Origin: Octopus bimaculoides
Lineage: Eukaryota
Assembly: GCF_001194135.2 (NCBI RefSeq)
Contig: NC_068990.1
Span: 59,131,442-59,171,588, forward strand
DNA: 40,147 nucleotides
Direction: 5' to 3'
Shown in pieces: positions 34,291 to 40,147 of this stretch (its first letter is position 1; each line of letters begins with the position of its first letter). A program made the translations under genes and the position numbers. A model generated the notes under the pieces. That model searched no databases, was not told the DNA's origin, and saw only the letters and a list, made by a program, of their open reading frames with translations.

Positions 34291-34969
34291 TAGATATAAC
34301 CTTTTGGTTGTACAAATTGCTTGGTTGGTTATAAATTGTTTGCTTGGTTTTTGACTCTCATTTTCGATAGTGCTCACCATGGGTCAGTGTAGGAGTCTCT
34401 GCATAGCTGCTTGACCTACTAGAAATAATAGCCAAATTTCTTGCGAATCTCACTCTATTATCTTGGAGAAGCTAGGATACATTTGATAATGTAGTCACTG
34501 AATATAGCAGTTAGAAAATATCAGCATAACTGGAATGCCTTTTATCATTCTCTTTCATGTTTTTTGTAAGTATATGTGAAAAAATAAGTGAATATTTTTG
34601 TTTTAGATTTTACCCTTTTTAGATGTTCTCTATTAAATAATATGGTGTGTGTAATATTTGATGGAAAAAAATCAATACTTTTGAGGTTGTGAAGCTTTGA
34701 AATGTGGTAAAATTTTCTGCATTTCCTTATTAACTTTGAGGGTATAGGAAACAAAGTGGAAGTTGGGGAGCAAAGAAAAACAAACAAAAAAAAAAACAAA
34801 TTGATCTGAAAATATATAAAATTCTAGCTCCATTTCCTGAAAATCACTGTACAATGTACGCTAAACACTCACAGAGAATAGAAGAGGAGCATAGATAATG
34901 GGAAGCAATCAGTAAACGAGGAAACTTGGAAAGATAAAACAATGTAGAGTAATGCCTGAACAAGTATCG

Positions 34970-35340
34970 TTTGTCTTTTACATGTTTCAGTCATTGGACT
35001 ATGACCATGCTAGACGACCACCTTGAAGGGTTTAGTTGAACAAATTGATCCTGGTACCTACTTTTTTCTCTTATTTTTTTAAAGTCTGGTACTTAATCTG
35101 TCACTTTTGCCAAACTAAGTTACAGTAACATAGGCCAAAACTGGTTGTCAAGTGGTGGTGGAGGACAAATGCAACATGGACACACACACACATATGTTTT
35201 TATAGTTTTTGTCTACCAAATCTACTAATAAAGCTTTTGTCAGACCCAGACTATAGTAGAAGACACTTGCCTAAAATACCATGCAGTGGGACTGAACCCA
35301 GCATGGCATAGTTGAGAAACAAATTTCTTAAGCACGCAAC
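34970..35340 (-). mobile_element. SINE family A, CpG-decayed full-length copy
   Basis: TGTTTCAGTCATT..CCATGCT..CTTGAAGGGTTTAG..CTGGTTGTCAAGTGG..GTCTACCAAATC..TATAGTAGAAGACACTTGCC..GTGGGACTGAACCC. Confidence 0.8.
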
Positions 35341-35708
35341 CAAGGATAAGTAAAAAAAAAAATTAGTCATGGTTCAAAGTTGGCCTGGAGTTAAACAACA
35401 ACAGTATTTATCCATGGTTTAGATAAATTTTAATAAACCATATTTAAAATCATTCACTGAGGTTAGGTGTTTTTATTGTTGTTTTACTCCCAGGTCAGCT
35501 CTGACTCACTGGATCTATGGTGCTCAATTGAATAATTTAAGCATTTTTTCCAATTGTGTTAATAGAAGGTTAATAGTTGATAGGATCTTGCTATTTAATG
35601 AGGACATAAATCAACACCCATTGTGTAGCTCTAAGTTCTTGTTAAATTGAGTGCTCAAAATATTATCGTTGTTTAATGTCCACTTTTCTGTGCTTGCATG
35701 GGTCAGAA

Positions 35709-35920
35709 TTAACCCTTTTGTGTTCAGATTGCCCTGTCAAATGTTATGCTTGTAATTTTGAATTAATCGTGCATTGTCTTGTTGCTTTGAGGTTTCAATG
35801 ATGTGATCGTTAATTTTTAGCATGTTGGGTAGTTGTGAGAAGCTGAATCTGACCAGTTTTAACATAAAATAGGCAGAACATTAGAGCTGCATTTGGCTAG
35901 TTTAAATATTAAATGGTCAA
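35709..35920. mobile_element. piggyBac-like MITE, near full length
   Basis: Starts TTAACCCTTTTGTGTTCAG, ends AAATATTAAATGGTCAA (degenerate inverted end); homologous to 34120 and 38038 copies. Confidence 0.55.
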
Positions 35921-36067
35921 TTATGGCTCTTATCTGAACTTTGTAGAAGGTTAATAGTTGATAGGATCTTGAATAATTTTCTAACTCTGAACAGAAGTAG
36001 CTCTTGCTGTGTTGAGGATATACATTTGCTGGGAGAGATTCCTTCAAAGGTTTGAGTTACATAGTCA

Positions 36068-36410
36068 TCATCATTATCATTGTTTAATGTCAGTTTTCCA
36101 TGCTGGCATTGGTTGGACAGTTTGACTGAGGACCTACAAGCCAGGAGGCTGCACCAGGCTCCAATCTGATCTGACAATGTTTCTACAGCTGGATGCCCTT
36201 CCTAACACTAGCCATTCTGAGAATGTAGTGGGTGCTTTTTATATGCCACTGGCACGAGAGCCATTCTGGCAGTACTGGCATTGACCATGCTTGAATGGTG
36301 CTTTTTACATGCCACCAGAATGGATGCCAGTCAGGTGGTACTGGCATCAGCCACGACAAGGATTTCACTTGACTCAACAGGTCTTCTCAAGTACAGCATA
36401 TTGCCCAACA
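36068..36410 (-). mobile_element. SINE family D ((GAT)n-tailed); further fragments near 27395, 35660, 37533 and 37915
   Basis: CATCATTATCATTGTTTAATGTC..TTTTCCATGCTGGCAT..CAGCTGGATGCCCTTCCTAAC..GGTGCTTTTTA..TGCCAC. Confidence 0.7.
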
Positions 36411-36504
36411 ACTGAAGGGTACTCTTAAATGGGCTGGTTATTTATTTTCATTTATTGGCTGTGGTAGGGGACTTCATTTCCACACAATATCATGAACACA
36501 ACAG

Positions 36505-36728
36505 TACATATTGTTTATCTTGTTTAGACTGTGGCCATGCTGGGGGTTTTAGTCTAACAGATAGGGTTTTAGTTAAACAAATTGACCCCTGGTTACTAAT
36601 TCTGTTGGTCTCTTTTATCAAACTGCTATTTAATGAGGACATAAATCAACACCCATTGTGAAGTGGTGGTGATAGCGGTTGGATAAACCCAGAGACATAT
36701 AGATATATAAACATCACACATACGAACA

Positions 36729-36761
<33 letters not shown>

Positions 36762-36923
36762 GATGAGCTTCTTTCAATTTTCATTTAGGAAATCCACTCC
36801 CAAGGCTTTGTTTGATGAGGAGCTATAATAGAAGACACTTTCCCAAAATGCTATGCATTGGGATTGAACTTAGAATCATGTAGTTGGGAAGCAAATTTCT
36901 TACTAAACAGCCACACTTGCACC
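36505..36923 (-). mobile_element. SINE family A, CpG-decayed full-length copy with (CATA)n
   Basis: GACTGTGGCCATGCTGG..AAATTGACCCC..GGTCTCTTTT..GAGCTTCTTTCA..AATCCACTC.CAAGGCTTTG..GAAGACACTT..TACTAAACAGCCAC..TGCACCT. Confidence 0.8.
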
Positions 36924-38037
36924 TGTATTCTCATTTCTCCACACTCATACAACCAGTTGCATTCACTTCCATTATACTTGGCTATAATAAAGCACTATTT
37001 TATTTTATTGAAAAATATTTGTTACTGTTTATACTTCAATTGTTAATCTTTCTCAAGGCTGTTCATATTCTCTATTTTTGTTTGTTTTCCCTCTTAATGG
37101 CATCCTACATTAAAAAAAAAATTTGTTTTAAGCATAGATTGTTGTCTAATTTAAATACTAATTCTTTTTAATTAAGCACTGTATTCCGTGCATATTTCTC
37201 TGTTTACTTTCTCTCTGTATTCATAGTTATGCTTTCCCTGCCAACACCTCTCACTGCAAAAAAGAAAAATAATAAAATAAAATAAATGAGAAATAAATTG
37301 GTCGAAATAAAAAAAAAATAACAGGTGATTAAATGAGTAAATGAAAGAGAAGATTGTGTGATATTTAGCCTAAAGCCTGACTTTTAGTTCATGTGTCGTT
37401 TTTAATGTAACTTGATAGCTGTCTCTAAGTGTTGTAATATGTGACGAACAATCTCTATTGATTTTGGTAACTGAAAGTGATCTTCAGTTTCTAGAACTCC
37501 GTTTTGTATGGTAGATGAGATATCATTACGGTGATCATCACCATCATCGGTTTAATGTCTACTTTTTCATGCTTGCATGAGTTAGACTTGATCTGCTGAG
37601 GCAGATTTTATATAGCCAGATGTCCTTTCTGTCACCATCTCTCCCCTGTTTTAAAGCAAGGTAATATTTCTTCCACAGAACATTGGAAAATGATAGACAT
37701 AGCCTATATAATAGCAACACTCATCTACTTCTGTCGCACACCAAAACAAATAAACACAAAAACAACCACCAACACCTATGTGCTTTATGTGTATGCATGT
37801 GTGTGTGTGTGCGTGTGCGTGTCTGTGTATGTATATATATATAATCTTGCTGGAGCTCCCTCAATCAACAGCTCAATATATACATATCTGTGTATGTGTG
37901 GTAGAGAATATCATTTAACATCCACATTCCTTGCTGGCATGGGTAGCATGGTTTGACAGGAAACTGTCAAGCTGCAGGGCTACACCAACATCCAATGTCA
38001 TCAGTATGTAGAGTTTTAAATAAGCATTGTCTGCATT

Positions 38038-38533
38038 GTTAATCCTTTAGCATTTAACCTATTACCTACCAGTGATCTCATGAGATCACTTAAAAATTTT
38101 GTAATTATCTGTCAATATTTACACATAGCTAACCTTTTTGTTATATCTACTAGGTATATTTCTCTGATATTCAAATGAGGTTTGCTAATTTTTCACCCAA
38201 TATCTCGCTTATTTCTATTTAAAATGTTATTTTGATCATACCAGCATGTTTCTAAGGCTGTTTTATGCTAGAAATCAAAGTTTCATAAAAAAAATTCCAG
38301 TTAATAGAATTATGGGAGGTAATGGATTAAACTGGCCATATCCAACCAAAATATTCTACCTGTTTTATTACCAAACTTGCCAGATCTGGTCTCTCATGCC
38401 AATCCTACAATATCTCTTTAAAAGTTAACAGTTACTTCTTCAAAATCTCAAAGCTACAACATAATGCATGACTAATATAAAACAGTGAGAATAAAGAAGC
38501 ATTACTTCTGACAGAATAATGTGAATGCTAAGA
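38038..38533. mobile_element. piggyBac-like MITE split by an approximately 265-bp insert (38060-38325)
   Basis: Left end GTTAATCCTTTAGCATTTAA at 38038, body resumes TTAAACTGGCCATATCC at about 38328 and ends GTGAATGCTAAG; insert has imperfect inverted ends TATTACCTACCA / TGGGAGGTAATG. Confidence 0.55.
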
Positions 38534-38539
38534 ACTCTT

Positions 38540-39190
38540 CAGTTTCACAAGATCTCAAGTGGCAAACCGGACAACGTTTCTTCCTTTTCAATTGCATCAG
38601 AACACCGGTGACAAATAATCCATTGTTAATTAATGCTGACAGCCATAGTTTGGATTAGTGCAACATAACCTTATCTCTCTTGGGTTTATCTGCTAATTGT
38701 TTGCTTTTTGCATAACTCTTGCTGATAAAGTCACTGAAGTAAGTTACATGGCTCTTTTCTGGTTACACAAGATTTCTGTCATTTTCATAGCTACAGGTTT
38801 ACCAATTTTTTTCCAATTGTATATGACTTTTTGTTTCAGGTAGACAACAAGGCAACTTTAGTACTGGCTCTTGATGCTGCAAGTTACTGAAATGCAGTTT
38901 TCTTGTTTTTTTCCTTAATTTTCGCCTTTTGACAGCTATTTCTAAATTTTCCAAGTATTCCCATGGGTTAGAAGAAAAAGCTGGGTTTCAAATGTTGAGA
39001 ATCTTTTTAAAGGAATCTGCTGACAACACTAAGTTAGTACTTTTCAAGCTGACAACACATTATGGCATCATTTGCCTTTTGTTTTCTGTTTCTGTGAAGC
39101 TGTAACTGAGGAACTTGTCTGGTATTTCCTTTTTCTGGTTGATGTCATCATAACTTTTCAAAGTTTTGTGTCAACTGATAAAATTCTGAA
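38540..39190 (-). mobile_element. hAT (Charlie/Buster-type) transposase relic
   Basis: Minus strand AASRASTKVALL..KKSYTIGKKLV/PVAMKMTEILC..LTSVTLS and SDAIEKEETL..PLE resemble the ASY.VA..IAK.KKPHTIGE.LIKP..MT.ILC..V.LS region of Charlie/Buster-family transposases; many stops and frameshifts. Confidence 0.65.
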
Positions 39191-39336
39191 AATATTAATA
39201 TTTAGTTACCAATCATTAATCAAAAATATGAAAAAGATATGTTAATCAAGGAAAGTTCATTACCTTATAATTTCTGTTGACAAATTGAAAATATGTACAT
39301 TGAAATTTAGTGCAAAATATTATGTGTATTGGGAGG

Positions 39337-39691
39337 GTCATTATGTGAATAATAACACATGCACTGGTTCAGTATCACTTCATTATTGTTGGTTGGTTAA
39401 ATATCAAACCAACCAATTGATCATTTGTTTAATGCGCTGGTTAAACAACCAATCGGTCGGTTGTTTGTTTGCAAAATCCTTTTGTCGTTCTTTGCAACCT
39501 CCTCAAGGACATGCCCACTCCCTTCAAGGTTTGCCTTGAATCTGTCTCAAGATACTTTGACAAACAGCCAACTAAGAGTTTGTTTAACCAGCACATTAAG
39601 CAAATTATTAATTGGTTAGACATTTAACCATTTGGCTAACAATAAAGAAGTGATATTGAACCAGTGCATGTCATTATTACTAGCATAATGA
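39337..39691. mobile_element. Foldback element / MITE with about 140-bp imperfect inverted arms
   Basis: CATGCACTGGTTCAGTATCACTTC..TGCGCTGGTTAAACAA is mirrored by TTGTTTAACCAGCACA..GAAGTGATATTGAACCAGTGCATG; the opposing ORFs share NQLIICLM.WLN. Confidence 0.75.
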
Positions 39692-40147
39692 CGCTCTCAG
39701 GATACAGCAAGATTTGTTTCAACACATGATTTCACATTAAAACATCTTACAAACCAAATACAAAAACGAAACAGTGTACTTTTATGAGAAAAAAAAAATT
39801 GCTGCAAGGTATCTATGAACAAATCAGAACTTAAAAATGAAATAATTATTTTGATACTTAGTCTCAGGGCTATCAAGGTTATTCTTATAAAAATATATTG
39901 CACTCAGTGAAATAAGCAAATCATTTATGACTCTAGATAGCCTGGTGGTATTTATTTTAAATTCTAATTAATTTCACGAATTGTGTGAAGAAATCTGAAT
40001 TTCTGCTTTTAGGTTTTCCATCCTGTTTAATATTAATTACATGTTTCTTGTTTACAAAGTGTTTCTTTTAACCTATCACCTTTATCTTGAATAGAGAAAA
40101 TAAAATCACCTTTTAAAAATATCTGTCAGAGAATATTCACTTTTAAT

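Noticed and set aside
37208-37253. Strong minus-strand acceptor (long T-tract plus GCAG) with a possible 46-nt exon
   Set aside because: Single isolated signal in A-rich DNA with a weak donor; conflicts with the better-supported plus-strand model and cannot be resolved without RNA-seq

Overview
AT-rich eukaryotic draft-assembly DNA with five N gaps. The SINE families resemble those I recognise from octopus (coleoid cephalopod) genomes, so the taxon is inferred rather than database-verified. No intact protein-coding gene could be confidently identified, and most ORFs in the supplied track are repeat- or gap-derived. The window is a dense mosaic of tRNA-derived SINEs (at least four modular families, here called A-D), fragments of CR1-like, L1/Tx1-like and RTE LINEs, three mariner derivatives (one a foldback), a Merlin/ISXO2-like relic, a hAT Charlie/Buster-like relic, several MITEs and micro/minisatellites. 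Two weakly supported transcript starts appear to diverge from a CpG-retaining region (minus strand about 10.1-10.8 kb; plus strand about 15.3-15.7 kb). Repeats right of about 20.7 kb show strong CpG decay, consistent with a methylated gene body. The most interesting leads are a ~96-nt pri-miRNA-like hairpin at 13983-14078, a SINE and a LINE sharing a 3' stem-loop with a compensatory base change, SINE module swapping, closely spaced inverted SINE pairs (possible ADAR substrates) and a two-donor templated insertion. There is no CRISPR array or prokaryotic system.
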